From assembly GCA_964270895.1 (NCBI GenBank), contig OZ185447.1: DNA of 64,000 nt. The stretch is one strand, 5' to 3'. The DNA comes from Podarcis filfolensis (Eukaryota). The translations under genes and the position numbers were made by a program. Positions 1 to 13,301 of the stretch are shown here, piece by piece (the stretch's first letter is position 1; every line of letters starts with the position of its first letter). Below the pieces are notes generated by a model. The model made no database searches. It was not told the DNA's origin and was given only the letters and a program-made list of their open reading frames with translations.

Positions 1-174
1 TACTCCTCTTGCCTCTGGTAGCAGAGCTCTGCAAAGCCCTGGGACAAGCTCTAGTCCTGTCCCATGATACTCAGCAAGTCCATGTCTTTCCGGAAGGTTT
101 TGGAAATGGCCTGGGCAACATGCATATTGGATTGTTCTATACTACATTTCCATAGGACTTTAGAAGCAACGTGA

Positions 175-484
175 TCAGAAAAAGAAATAGAGGAAGTTAT
201 AGGGAAACTAAAAAGGGGGGGGGAGCCCCAGGAGCAGATGGATTGGGAACCAAATATTGTAAAGTATTTAAAAATATATTGGTTTGTAAATTAAATGTTT
301 TATATAATTCAGTAATAGAGGGTGAGAGGATCCCTCCATCGTGGGAACAATCAATAATTATCTTAATTACAAAACCAGGAAAAGATTTAAAGGACCCAGG
401 CAGGATTGTATAAGCTGATTTCCCTAATAAATCAAGATGCTAAAATATTGATCACAATAAAGGCAAAAAGGATGAATAATTTTA

Positions 485-523
<39 letters not shown>

Positions 524-2743
524 ATGTGGCTTTGTAGCAGGAAGACAGATGTATAGTTTAATAGGAAGAGTGTTGAATAAAATAGATATAATAAGAAGAA
601 ATAAACTGAAAGCTGGCATAGTAGCATTGGATATTTTAAAGGCTTTTGACTGTGTAGAATGGCTGGCGTTAAAAATGATTATAGAAAGCGTAGGATTTGG
701 AGAATGATTTAAGGGATTAATCCATCAATTATATCTGAGGAACAAGGAATATGTCATAGTGAACGATAATATAACAGAACAAATAACACTAGCCCAAGGT
801 ACAAGGCAAGGATGCCCCCTTTTCCCAATTTTACTTGTATTGGTCATTGAAACTCTGGCCATGTAATTAGAGAAGATGGAAATATAAAAGGTATATGCAA
901 TAATGGAAAAGAAAAAATAAACTTATTTGCAGTTGACACCTTGCTAACAATCGAAAATCTGTTGGAAAATATGCAGGTAATAGAGGAACATTTGAAAAAA
1001 AAATGGACAAATAACAGGGTCGCGAATTAATTGGTTCAAATAAGAGATGTAGAGATTTTACTACGATGAAGAGGAAAAATGAAAATTCTTGAAGGAAATA
1101 AAAATAGATATAAAATTAAGAAATGTAATAAAGTACTTGAGAATAACAAGAAATTTTTAAAAATTAGAACAAGAGAATCTTAACAAATTAAAGAGGGAAA
1201 TTAAGGGAAAGCTGGAGGAATATAAAAAAAATAAAACTTTCATGGTTTGGAAGAATAGCGATAATTAAAATGAAAATTTTGTCTAGAATAATTTTTTTTA
1301 ATTTAGAATGTCACCAATTAAGATATTGGAGACAGAGACAAAGGGTTGGCAAAGTATGATTAATAAATTTTGTAATGGGATAAGAAGCCTAGAATTAATA
1401 AAAGAAGATGGTATAACCCCCAGAAAACAGGTGGACTGGGTCTCCCCAACATAAAGTTATATTATATAGAAAATCAGTTAAGATATATCATAGATGTGAT
1501 AACAGAACAAGGAGAGTTTCAATGGTTAGAGAGTGGTACATAGGGAATGAGGGAGAAGTTCGTGAATATATTTTTTAGCTAACCAAATAGGCAATGGTAG
1601 CAGAATACTGAAAATCCCTTATTAAGAAATACCATTGAGAGATGGGCAAAATATAAAGGAAAACTGATAGCAGTAAATTCCCCACTAACTCTGGTGGTGA
1701 TTATAGAAGACTTCCCAGTAAATTAAAAAAAGGAAATTGAAAAAGAAGCAAAAGAGAAGCAAATACTTAAAATGAAGAAATGGGTGGAGAAAATGAGAAG
1801 AAAAGAACAAATAAGAGAAGCTCTAACAGGAAGTAAAATAAGTTGGTTTAACTGTATACAGTTGGAGCAATGGACAAAGAAGTGGTTATGAGAAAACAAG
1901 AACTGCAAAGAATATACAAATTTTTAAAAAATGATTATAAAAAGAGAGGATAAAGAAGAAAATATAGTTATAAAAGGGGAAACCAGTGAAATTTATAAAA
2001 TATTAGTAGAAATGGGGGATCAACAAGATCAATTAAAAGAGGTGTGAGAAAAGGAGAAAACAGGGCAGATAAATAGTCAAAGCTGGGGGTAAATATGGGA
2101 GAAACACAATTTGAAAATGTTGTCTACAAGGATAAAAGAAAATTATTATAAGTTAGTTTGGAAATGGTATTTAACACCAGTCAGATTTAATCAAATAAAC
2201 AAGAAATATTCAGTGTTATGTTGGAGGGTATGCCAGGAAACCGGGACTTATGTTCACATATGGTGGTGGTGTAAATTTGTACAATTATTTGGGCAAAGGG
2301 TGTTTAAGGAGATAATAGAAATCACTGGGTCCAGAGGTAGCATGATTATCCATTTGCAATGGAGTGGAAGGTTCACAGGCTATGAAGGACTTGCTCACAA
2401 ATTTACTGAAAGCAGCACAAGCTATTATAGCTAGGAAGTGGAAGAGGCAAGGAGAATATAAAATAGAAGAATGGTTTGAAGAAGTGTGGGATATAACTAT
2501 TGATGATAAATTAACATGTGCTATTAAGGTAAGATGGGGAATATGCAGCAGAAATGATTTTGAGGTGATATGTAGGGTTTTTGTAGAATTTGTATTGTTA
2601 AAACAGAAAGGGGTCAAACTATCACAAGAGGTGCTGAAATTCTGGGAGGGTGGATAGTTACAATGGAATGGTCTTAGGGCTAGGGTGCACATTTCTATTC
2701 TTCTTTACTTATTATTACTTTGTCAAAATAAAATAGATAAAAA
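175..2743 (+). mobile_element. 5'-truncated, decayed L1-clade LINE (ORF2 RT to C-terminal Cys-rich region, short 3'UTR, A-rich tail) in FBXL20 intron 5, antisense to the gene
   Basis: Broken-frame motifs: APGADGLG, SIIILITKPGKD, ISLINQDAKIL, GTRQGCP, GGLGLPNIKLYY, WKWYLTP..CWRVCQETGTYVHIWWWC, LKAAQAIIARKWK. AATAAA at 2727-2732. 13-bp TSD with one mismatch: agaagcaacgtga (162-174) / agaagcaaagtga (2744-2756). Confidence 0.88.
485..525. repeat. (TAAA)10 microsatellite inside the L1 RT region
   Basis: Perfect TAAA array read directly. Confidence 0.95.
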
Positions 2744-2929
2744 AGAAGCAAAGTGAGACCAAATTTGCACAGGCACTCAGAACACAGTGACTTGCTAGAG
2801 GCCTTTCACAGAGCAGTGACTAGCCTATAGGATAAGTGGCTATTCCTAGCAACTTAGACAAGCTACAGTAAGAGTGAGTGAAGTTCCAGTATATTCAAAG
2901 GTAAGGTCCTGATTATATGATACCTACAG

Positions 2930-3442
2930 TTGAGTGGATGCTGGCACCTGGTGGTTCTTTACCATGCCTTCTAAGAGGTCAAGCTGTATGCCTTACAAGG
3001 AGTTGTTTGGAAGAAGCTATGGGACAGCAGCAATAGTGCCACTCCAGACAGTGAAGAGGCCAGAGACCAAGTTGGCTGTGAGTCCTGGAAGACCTGCTCC
3101 CTGCTTTGCAGGCCTTTTCCCACCTGGCCTGGGAGGGCAGGGCCCTGACTGACTCCAGCTACAAAAGCTGAGGCTGCGGAACAGAATCTTGTTTAGGTGG
3201 GGTTGTTGGGGGATCGTTGTTGTTGATGATGATGATGATGTTATTTTTTTGTATTTTTATTTTGGATCTGATGTGGAAATTATTCAATTTGGCTGTGTAC
3301 TTTTTGATGTTTTGTTTATTGTTCATGGCTACTTTTGTTACGTCTGTAGTTACGTGATCTTTTATATGTTGTAAGCTGCCATGTGCATGGTTTTAACTTG
3401 GGAAAGGCGGCATGCAAATAAAATGTTTGATTGACTGATTGA
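2930..3442 (+). mobile_element. Probable old L2-clade LINE 3' fragment
   Basis: Ends in an L2-like tail (ttgtaagctgcc...gaaaggcggcatgcaaataaaatgtttgattgactgattga). The 5' boundary is approximate. Confidence 0.45.
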
Positions 3443-4300
3443 AGACCTAAATTAGAATGTGAACACAGGTTTCCTCAATCCTGACTCAGGGACTGAGTGT
3501 ACGCTGCAACATTTCATTGCAGACACCTACTTCTGTTCTGTAATTCTGTTCAATGGACTGTGATCCAGCAACTGCAGAATCTACCAGGGGTGCCAACGTG
3601 AAAGTTGGTGGCTCATGAGGATAGGGATTTTCAGGAGAAAATGAAAAAGAAGTGTTTCTTGTCCTTACTCGTATATTTTCCCACTGCACTACACAGTGCT
3701 AAACAGCTCAGGTTTGGGGTTAGCTGCCAGCCATTAACCTGAATGCTTTATGCCATTTAGCTAAAAGTAGGATAGGTCAGAAGGGTGGAAAACAGAAAAG
3801 AGGACATGTTTTCTTTTCTCTCTTGAAACTTCTCCATATAAGAGAGGGATTTTCTCTTTTAACCTCATGGCACACATCCTTTCAACTGTAATCCCCAGTT
3901 CTAGGACACTATAAATTGTTATGGACTCTAGCAGGCAAATAATATGTTTCCCATAATTTCCTCATTATTTTCTTTCAATTGATGCTCTCAATGCTCTGTA
4001 GGACCTGAAAGTCACTCTTAATAGGTTCTTTTCAATTCATTTCAATTTTTAAAAATTCTTTTAATTTGCAAATTATGCAAGTATGCACAACCCCCACTAT
4101 TTTTGGTAGGCCCATTTTCTAAACCGATAGAAATGGGACCGCCTAAGTGCGATATCAATACAGGAGCCAATTATTTTGGAAATGCTATAACCTCATTTGA
4201 AAGTGGCTCACTGCCCCACCCTACATGTTCAGGTTCTCTGCTGGATAGAAAAATAAAATTATTTGTGCTTTTTCAGTGGCAAAGCACTTGACCTCTCTAC

Positions 4301-4395
4301 CTTAATGCGTTGTCTCCCACACCTAGGCATCCACGAAGGCTCAGCTTTCGTAAGAAACCCCCACATCTTTTAGAAATATTCTCCACTACACGCCC
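4301..4395 (-). CDS. FBXL20: FBXL20 coding exon 5 (95 nt): GRVVENISKRCGGFLRKLSLRGCLGVGDNAL(R), first LRR
   Basis: Translation matches vertebrate FBXL20. Acceptor ctttttacAG, donor GTagag, phase 0 to 2. Confidence 0.96.
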
Positions 4396-5138
4396 CTGTA
4401 AAAAGACCAGGAAGAGAATTCGATTGATGTGACCTTCCAGAGTAATTAGCTTTGCTTAACTTTCCATGTGGTAAATAACTTTCTCATTTCTTTAGTAAAA
4501 GCATCAACTCCCCCCGCCCTTAACCCACTCCTCCCCTGGTTGATACCCGTTTTTTATCTGACTTTCAAATCCTCCTTAAACTCGTGCATTTAAATTCTCT
4601 ACTCCAGAAACCTGCATTCTGTAGAATGTCTAACATTCATATGTACTTGGCCTATAATAAGCTGAATCTAGGGCAAGGTCACACAATCCCTGTGTGCTGC
4701 TCAGATTCTTCTTTGCTAGTAGCATATTGGTCATCTGAACCTATAGGCACAAATCATGATTTGACATGCCATCATTCAACCCACATTCACGGTTGTTTGC
4801 TGCAATATACTCTTTTCCCAGTTTGCGCCTGCAAAAGACAGCCCACAGACAACTATTTTACTTAACAAAATATGAGCTGACAGGAGCCATCAGCATGACA
4901 GAAAACCATTAGCCAGCCGTGCATAGGGTCCTGTCACCAAGCCACAATAATATTATACTTGGAGAAGTTCAAAGAGCTGGTTTTCTGCACAAAAATCTGA
5001 CTCGGATTGGCTCCCCATTGCACAATTTGAGAACCCCTGGTATGAACAGATAGCTTTAAAGCTCATGCTAGAAGTTCCTAAGTCATATCTGATGGCACGG
5101 ATCTGACTGCTGCAATGGGAAATTTGACTACATGAGAA

Positions 5139-5322
5139 AATAGGGAGCTGCCTTATCCCAAATCGGACCATTGGTCCATCTAGGTCAGTACTGTCTACTC
5201 TACATGGATTTCAGACAACCCTACTTGGGGTATTTCCCAGCCCTGCTTTGAGGTGCCGGGGTCTGAACCTGGGTCCTTCTGCATGCAGGGCAGATGTTCC
5301 ACCACTGAGCTAGGCTTCTTCC
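5139..5322 (-). mobile_element. tRNA-derived squamate SINE
   Basis: Minus strand has a tRNA-like head with A box (TAGCTCAGTGG) and B box (GGTTCAGACCC), followed by a CR1-like tail. Confidence 0.7.
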
Positions 5323-5917
5323 ACTTGGAAGCCACTAAAGTGGCTAAGAGCCCCAAGGAACCAGAACAGGTTCTTTCCACGGCAACGGTTATCACATAAA
5401 GAATAGATTTTGTGCAACTAGGAATGGACCAAAATATTTTGGTGCCTGAGGAAGGAAATCCAAATGGCAAACTTACCAAATGGTTGTTTGTTTGTTTTTT
5501 AACCCAAATGGTTTACAATCTGCTGCCCTTAGCAGTACTCCAAAAAGCCCACCACCCAAAATACGCTGTCTCACCCATCCTAATGGTGCATTATTCTTGC
5601 AAGCGGCCAATGAACTAATTGCCCAGATCTGCTAAATGGGAAGTTACCACCCCTAGATCTTTCCCCAGTAAAAATATTAACAAGTTAGGGATCCATGTCT
5701 TTGCACACAGGTGAGAGTTCACACATCCACAAACCTATGTGCATAAAATAAGTTAGCGCAGTTTCAGTATCTGAAATCCTGGAGCTAGAAACTAGAAATT
5801 AACAATCCTATCTCTGGGGAAAGATGCAAAAGATTACACAGTTTATTACTGATCTTACACAGCGCTGTAATTACAGTTTAACTAGAGAAATTGTTTCTGC
5901 ACACCACTTAATTATAC

Positions 5918-5992
5918 CTCTATGTCCCTCTGGAAATCAAACAGGTCAATGCGCTGCCAGTTGCTGCCATCCAGGGCCAGGACATTCCACGC
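5918..5992 (-). CDS. FBXL20: FBXL20 coding exon 4 (75 nt): AWNVLALDGSNWQRIDLFDFQRDIE
   Basis: Peptide matches FBXL20. Acceptor ttcactgcAG, donor GTataa, phase 0 to 0. Confidence 0.97.
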
Positions 5993-6588
5993 CTGCAGTG
6001 AAAAGGGAGAAGACAGTGAAAAGAATGTAAAATGTGGGAAAATATGGCAGAAATATAAAGCAAAACTTGGGTCTAATTTAAACCGACACCAAAGCCGCTG
6101 GCCCTTAATGAGGTGCAGCTTCCAGTGGGATGCTTCTAGCAAACCCATGCGTGAAAGGCCCCAACGATGCACAAATGATTTTCAGTGTAGCAACAGAACT
6201 GCTGAGAGAATGCTTAAATCATTGTTTGTTCTGGTTGCCATTTCTTTCTCTTTAAAGAACCACAGACAGTTGGGTCTTCCACAATTCTGAAACATGCACA
6301 CGTGGTGACTACACTCAAATGCTCAGGCTACGGTGCCATACTTTGCAGTGAACGACATGATTAAAAAAAGAGGTGACTGTATTGGCTGATGGTGCCTTGG
6401 AATTTTCTATAGTTTCACACTAAAAAACAAAAAAGCTTTAAAGCACACATTTTAATGACTCACATATAACAAATGGGAGTGTTATATTAAAGTAACTTAT
6501 TAACAAAAATAAAGTTCCCTAAAAAAGATCGGTAAGAGATGTACTTACATTTTCAAAATTACCTCTTGGCACTTTGCCATGTCATATA

Positions 6589-6881
6589 CAGTGGTGCCTC
6601 GCAAGACGAAAATAATCCGTTCCGCGAGTCTCTTCGTCTAGCGTTTTTTTCGTCTTGCGAAGCAACCCTATTAGCGGCTTAGCAGATTAGCGCTATTAGC
6701 GGCTTAGCGGCTTAGAAAAAGGGGGGGGAGCGAAAAAAATCGCAAGACTCGCAAGACGTTTTCGTCTTGTGAAGCAAGCCCATAGGGAAATTCGTCTTGT
6801 GAAGCGCATCGAAAAACGGAAAACCCTTTCGTCTAGCGGGTTTTTCGTCTTGCGAGGCATTCGTCTTGCGGGGCACCACTG
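6589..6881. mobile_element. Tc1/mariner (Tigger/pogo-like) MITE
   Basis: TIRs cagtggtgcctcgcaagacgaa / ttcgtcttgcggggcaccactg, TA on both sides, many internal copies of the ttcgtct(t/a)g motif. Confidence 0.88.
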
Positions 6882-8280
6882 TATATTATTTTGCATTACC
6901 CACTGAGGAAGGTTAGAACAGAACAGACAATGGAAGGGGCCATGGGAAAAAAAGGGAAGCAAAGAACTACAGAATGTGAGAGTCTTGCTGGATCAGATGG
7001 AAGGCCCACCTAATCCACATAGCTACTATATAGCTATAGCAGCTAATAAGACCCATGACTTGGTTTATTTTATTTTTTTAAAAAAACCATGGCAACCATA
7101 AGATAAAGATGCATTCTGTTAATTTTGACTGTCCAGCCTACTAATTTCATTAGTGTTATTAGAGAGGAAGCAAAACATGTATCTACTCCACATCATACAT
7201 AATTTAAAAAACTCAATTCGCCTCCCCAGCTGTCTTTTTTTACCCAAATAAAAAAATCCCAAGGGCATTAGTTGTTTCTTCGTAAGGAAGATGCTTGAAT
7301 CCCTGAATATTTTGGGCTTTCCTTCTCCAGTGCTACAATATCCCTTTTGAGCTGGGACAATCAGAATGAAGTACGGAAGCTTTGTAAATAGCGGCCATTT
7401 TATTTTTGGTCCCTTTCTTAAAGATTCCCAGTATGGAATTTGCTCACTCCACTGATGTTGCACATTGAGTTAACATTTCCATGGAGCTATCCACCACAAC
7501 CTGAAGATCTATTTCCTGGATAGTCACAGACAGGTCAGAACCCATCATGATTTTTTTGCCCAATGTGTAAGAATGTGCCAGTGCTTACTAATAACTATGT
7601 GCTGGAGAAACAAGCAACAAATGTGAATTTGCATGACCCACCTTCCTCATCACAGTGATCTCAGTGGTTTAGCTACAGCTTTAGCACTCTCTCCTTCAGA
7701 GTTTGAGCCTGAGCATCAGTTCCAGTCAGGCATTTAGTGACTGGGGCAAACTATGAGTTCATAATGTTCTTTTTTAAAAAATAAAATAAAAATGCAGGTT
7801 GATACTTAATTATTTTGTTAACCTATGGATTATTATGTTTCCATAATAGCAGCCACATCTCCACCCAGAATTTTTATGATAAACAGATGCACACATATCC
7901 TACAGGAGAGAGGGGAGCATTAATCCCTGTATGCCCGACATTTTCCACAATCAAGAGAGACATGCCAGTGTTTGCGTCTGAGAGAGGTAACAGAAAAATA
8001 ATTATATTTGACATAGGTTAGGGACCTTTCCTTTTGCTACAGTGATAACCTTGTACCCCATTATTCAGTATAGGGCAGTTGGCAGAAACATATAACATCT
8101 CTTTGTGATTCTCAATCCTAGGCTATTTGAAAATCTCAAAATAGTAAAACTCCACCCAGTTAGATTTGGCTGGTCGAAACTAAGACAGACCTCAGCTGGT
8201 AATATTACAAGAAAAGAAAAGTAAAAAAAAAAGGTGGGTGGGGAATACAACCTGTGGGGAGGATGTGCATTCTGTGTCTC

Positions 8281-8582
8281 TGCACTTGTACAATTAAAGG
8301 AGTATCATACCACTTTTTACAGTTATGGCTTCTCCCAAAGAACCCTGGGTAGTTTGTAAATGGTGTTGAGAGTTGATAGGATGAAAAACTCCTATTCCCT
8401 TCATGGAGCTACAATTCCCAGAGTTCTTTGGGAAGAGGAATTGAATGTGAAACCACTATGACACCTGTAGCTCTGCGAGGGAAGAATAACAGTTTTCATC
8501 ACCCTTGACAAACAAAAGTTGCCAGGAATCTTTGAGGGAAGCAATGATTGTTTAAAGTGGTATGCTTTAAATATATAGTGCA
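8281..8582. mobile_element. Degenerate palindromic non-autonomous DNA element (related to 37051-37242)
   Basis: Long imperfect inverted arms: tgcac...ataccactttt...ggcttctcccaaagaaccctggg versus ccaggaatctttgagggaagc...aaagtggtat...gtgca. Confidence 0.55.
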
Positions 8583-8711
8583 AATGGGGCCTCTGTTGAA
8601 ATATCCCTTCAAGCTGACACTTTCTTGGCTCTGGGATATGATGACAAACTGGAGGTGCCCAAGAGACAAGCAATTAAAACCTTACCAGTACTAGTTTGCA
8701 AACATTCTTAC

Positions 8712-8766
8712 CCTGGAGACCTGAGCGCAACGGCATAGCGTGACCACATCCAGGAAGGAGAATATT
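8712..8766 (-). CDS. FBXL20: FBXL20 coding exon 3 (55 nt): (R)IFSFLDVVTLCRCAQVSR, F-box
   Basis: F-box peptide. Acceptor ttaacAG, donor GTaaga, phase 2 to 0. Confidence 0.97.
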
Positions 8767-11134
8767 CTGTTAACAAACACATACATACAAATAACTAAAC
8801 ATTGGAACATGCACATGGGATTCTCCTCACAAATTGTTTAGCAACAATTGGTATATTTGGTCTTGCAGCCTCTTTCCAGTGCCTGGGCTCAGCCCTGAAA
8901 AATTAAAAGTGGAATAGGATTTAACATTTGACCAGTCAAAAAATATGTAGCAATTTGACCGGTCAAATACCTATAGCACTCATCTAATAGAACTGTAACA
9001 AAGATTGATTCTTGGAATAAGAAACAGCAAATAATCAAATATGTGTTGTTTCTCTATTAGGGTTAATTCCTTATTATATGACAACTGGAATTAAGAGATA
9101 CACTTACTACAAACAGCAAAATCAGTTTACTGTTTAAAATAATGGCAATGAATTCTATCACACTACTTCACACATTATAAATGTCTAATAGCAATATTTA
9201 TGAGCTCAAGCAATCCTTGTCAATACTGACACGTTTTGTTAAAAATGCAGTTAAATAAAAAAAGCAAAGTAAAACAAATAAAAAAGCTAGTAGCATGAAT
9301 ACCACATAGCAAGAATAAAACACAGTTTTTAAATGTGGTTGGGGATGAAAAGAGAGGCAGACAGAGATATGATGTACTCAGACACTTGCAGGACTCTTGC
9401 CTTTATTACTGAATGGCACTAGGATGCAATTAAAATGTAGGCTGTCTTTGTGGAACACTTGACTGTATTGAGTTTTCAGCAGGTACTGCCCATTCATTTT
9501 CAAATGCATCTTCTTTGTTTAAGGGCTAGCCACTCTTAGAATTGAAAGTGGAAAAATCTCAGGAAACTGAACCCATTTTGCACCTTTTCTGTGCTCCTGA
9601 AGAGTTATGGCACACAAACGGCCCTTCCTTTAATCTCTTAATATGCTATGCAGCATTTACGATACAGACCACAACTGCAACACGTTGGTAACACCACTTC
9701 CTTTTGAATGCATTCCATTTTTTCTGGGATTTATATCCCCTTCTTCTCTCCCTAAATGTACCTGAATACTAGAAATCTATCCTACACCCAATCCCTCAGA
9801 AAAGCTTCAACAAGTATGAAAATCGAGAAACAACAAGGATGCTCTAGTCATTAATTTAAATTCATCCGTGTGCTCTCAGGTGGTTTATGATAGGGTTCAT
9901 TTGCGTTGTATCTCCAGGGATGGGCAGATCTCTTTGGGTTAAGAAACCTATGCAAACTTTCCAAGGATATTTCAAGGACTAAAAACAGAACTGAAAGCTG
10001 CCTAAAAGCTCAGTAGGAATGCTCTTTTAGCCAAGCCAGAGCAGCTTAGAGACTCTGCAGGCATTGTTTAGTTACACACCCCAGAGCTGCAATGAACTGA
10101 TGATGATGCAGCTTCTTCTTGCCAACAGTGAGGATGGAATTCCTCAGAGCGTTCCTCAGTCTGGGCTAGAACAGGATCCCACAACTCCATACTCCATGAA
10201 CCTGGCAAAACCATTGTGCATTTGCATGATTCTTTTTGTGCTCTCCCTCCAAATTATTCCTGCTCACCCTTTTCTGTAAAGCGGAAAACGCTTCACATCA
10301 CTAGGAAGTTAGTCAAGGGGAGGGGCAGCGATGAGAATCACAAAGATACAAAAAAGAAGATAATCGTGTATTTTACTGGATCACCACCTTGATGTGAAAT
10401 ACATGCAAGTTTTTGATTTACACATGAATGAAGCGGTTAAGAAAGGGTGGGAAGCTGTTTTAGATATTGGCTTAACTCTGAGCATGAATATTATCTAGAA
10501 GAAATGAAAGATCTTTTTACTGAGGTACAGTCATGTTTGTTTTAAATATTTATACACCAAAGAACTTGGAATCTACACACTGGGGGGATGCGACATATCC
10601 ACTCCTTTGTCCCATTATCATCATCTAGACTGGGAGTACTCTACTGCATATATAAACTGTGTGTTTCCAAACCAGAGCACGATAGGCAAACAGAAAGTAA
10701 CTCTCAGGCCCTATCCGACAGCTTTCCCCTTTCCCAGTATGCAGAAACCTCCCCACTGCCATATATAGCAATCTTGGAGGAGGGTTAGACTTGGCAGGAT
10801 GCGTGTCACGAGGTTTTAAAACTCAGCTCTCTATGAACCTTTCTTTACTTCTCACTCTTCAGAAATTTCCTCTCCATGCATTTATATGCAACAAAGCATG
10901 CAGGCATTATAACACAACATGGGAAGGTTTAAGGATTGTGAGAAAGAAAGCAAAGAAGATGCATTTTTGTACTGTGGATAAGTCCTCCACTGCAGTTTCT
11001 CAAATGTGAAAGTACTTTACTGGGTGCCCACCAGAGCTCAAGAATGAGTGCCTCTACAAATGTTGCTAGACATTTTAATGTGAGATAAACTGTGGTTGCT
11101 AGGGAGAAGATTTTTAACAGGTGGCCAGTCAATT

Positions 11135-11137
<3 letters not shown>

Positions 11138-11188
<51 letters not shown>

Positions 11189-11420
11189 TAATTCATAACT
11201 TTGGGCGGCTTCCAACAAAATATTAAAATACAATAGTCTGTCAAACACTAAAAGCTTCCCTAAACAAGGCTGCATTCAGATGTCTTCTAAAAGTCTGGTA
11301 GTTGTTTTTCTCTTTGACATCTGGTGGGAGGCGTTCCACAGGGCGGGTGCCACTACCGAGAAGGCCCTCTGCCTGGTTTCCTGTAACTTGGCTTTTCGCA
11401 GCGAGGGAACCGCCAGAAGG
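11138..11420 (-). mobile_element. L2-clade LINE 3' fragment with an (AAT)n tail (array 11138-11186)
   Basis: Minus-strand peptide RAFSVVAPALWNA is typical of the L2 ORF2 C-terminus. The trinucleotide array sits at the 3' end. Confidence 0.75.
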
Positions 11421-11708
11421 CACTGGACTTTTAACATATTATTGCATGCAAATATTGGGCCAGAGCAGGTTGTAAAGCCCCCCAAGCACAATGATATATA
11501 TTGTTTAATAAAACCTTCAGGGCGAAATTTAGTTTAAAAGTCAAATGCTAAGAATGTACCACTACCACCCCAATTACTGCCAAAAAACCCTAGATTCCCA
11601 TTTGGGTAGTGGCTTCTTCTAAACCATGTTGATCTATAAAAACCACCAATGAGAGCTAATTTTGAAAGGTGCAAGCATTTAATCATACCTACATTTCACT
11701 AAGATATA

Positions 11709-11923
11709 CAGTGGTACCTTGGTTTAAGAACAGCTTAGTTTATGAACAACTTGGATTAAGAACGCTGCAAACCCGTAAGTAGGTGTTTTGGTTTGTGGAC
11801 TTTGCCTTGGAAGCAGAACATGTTGAGTGTGTCCCATTTGTCCCCCGCTGCTATGGGAAAGCACGCCTTGGTTTAAGAACGGACTTCCGGAATGGATTAA
11901 GTTTGTAAATCAAGGTACCACTG
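11709..11923. mobile_element. Tc1/mariner (Tigger-like) MITE
   Basis: TIRs cagtggtaccttg / caaggtaccactg, TA on both sides. Confidence 0.85.
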
Positions 11924-13274
11924 TATAGGCAATCTGTTCTAAGAGAAAGCCCACCTCTGTGTTGGCTTTGTGTGCTTGTGTGATCTCCCATCAGCAACAC
12001 AAAGGCCACCTTGCCATTAGCCATTTGCTCAGCTCTGCTTTTTAAGAGTAATACGATTTCAGTCCCTTGCATGTTTAATTAACCTCCTGACCTCTGTTGC
12101 TTAATGCCTCTACTTAAATAGCTCACTTTAGGGGAGGGTGGAATATACTACAGTAAGTAGGAGAGAGAGAGGGACTGATCAGCTCAGCTCCAAAGTGGCC
12201 CCAAGCCACAGCAGCGAGAGAGGAATTTGCTTACTGATTTATAATTTCTTTTTTATACCACTTAATTAAAATTTCTATGCAGTTTACAAGAAAAACACAC
12301 TAACACAAAAAATGCACACATTATTCTATAAAATTACCCCTAAAACTTTCAAGAAAGCACTAAATGGAAAGTGCCAGCATAACAACATACTAGACACCTG
12401 ACAGTTTCAAGTGGTTTTTCCATTAGTTTACACTGAGGCTTTTATTGTATTGGGTAATAGTTTTATGATAATTACATAGTATTTAAACTTTTAGCATATT
12501 ATTTAGCCTTATTCACTGTGTATGTATTGGAGTTTTATATTGGAGTCTTATTTCTTAAGTTTTCAAGACCAACAATTAGTACAATTGAATTTGTGGTTGT
12601 TGTTGATTATCTGAGGATAATTTAATGTTGCATTTCTGGGTTTACATGCTATCCAACAACATATCCTCACTACAATTACTTCTACAGCTACTATGGGTAA
12701 CATATATCATCCACCAGTATCATTAAGGTGAAATTCTGTACTAGGCTGATTATGATTATTCCATGAGCATACAGGTCACCAGAGAGGTTTATATAGAAAA
12801 TTTACATGTTGCATGAGGGACCTGGGTGTAATTGTTAGGATGACACCAGCCATGCTTCTGAAGTAGCTGGGAAGGGAGAAGAGTTCAGGGATTGTTATTT
12901 TTTAAAATGTTGTTATAAGTTGTGTGTCTTTGTTTCTCAATTTGATCCTTTGAACGTACTGTGGTATTTTATGCACTGTGAGATGGTTATTTTTATTGAT
13001 TATACTTTAGTAATTATTCAATGGAATTGCCAAGGGTGAATTTTTGTTTAATTATTATTTGGTGGTATTTTGAGAGTTAATGTTACTGTGTACTATTATA
13101 TTCTAATGCATTACTGAACATTACTTTATTTGATACTTTTATTGCAAAGTCAAGTTTTTATCATGACTTTTTTTGTATTGGATCAGATTATTATAAGGTG
13201 TGTGATCTTTGCTGTATACTTGGTTGTTGCAAATCCACCTTGTGCATAGTAATATAGAAATTAAAAGTGGAACG

Positions 13275-13301
13275 GAATGAAATGAAATGAAATGAAATGA
13301 A
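13275..13301. repeat. (GAAAT)n pentanucleotide array
   Basis: gaatgaaatgaaatgaaatgaaatgaa read directly. Confidence 0.85.

Noticed and set aside
1-4300. FBXL20 exon 6 (TFAQNCRNIEVLNLNGC...)
   Set aside because: Not found, so it presumably lies to the left of the window.
12420-13260. Nuclear mitochondrial insertion, suggested by the strand skew
   Set aside because: No mitochondrial protein, tRNA or rRNA motif could be recognised.
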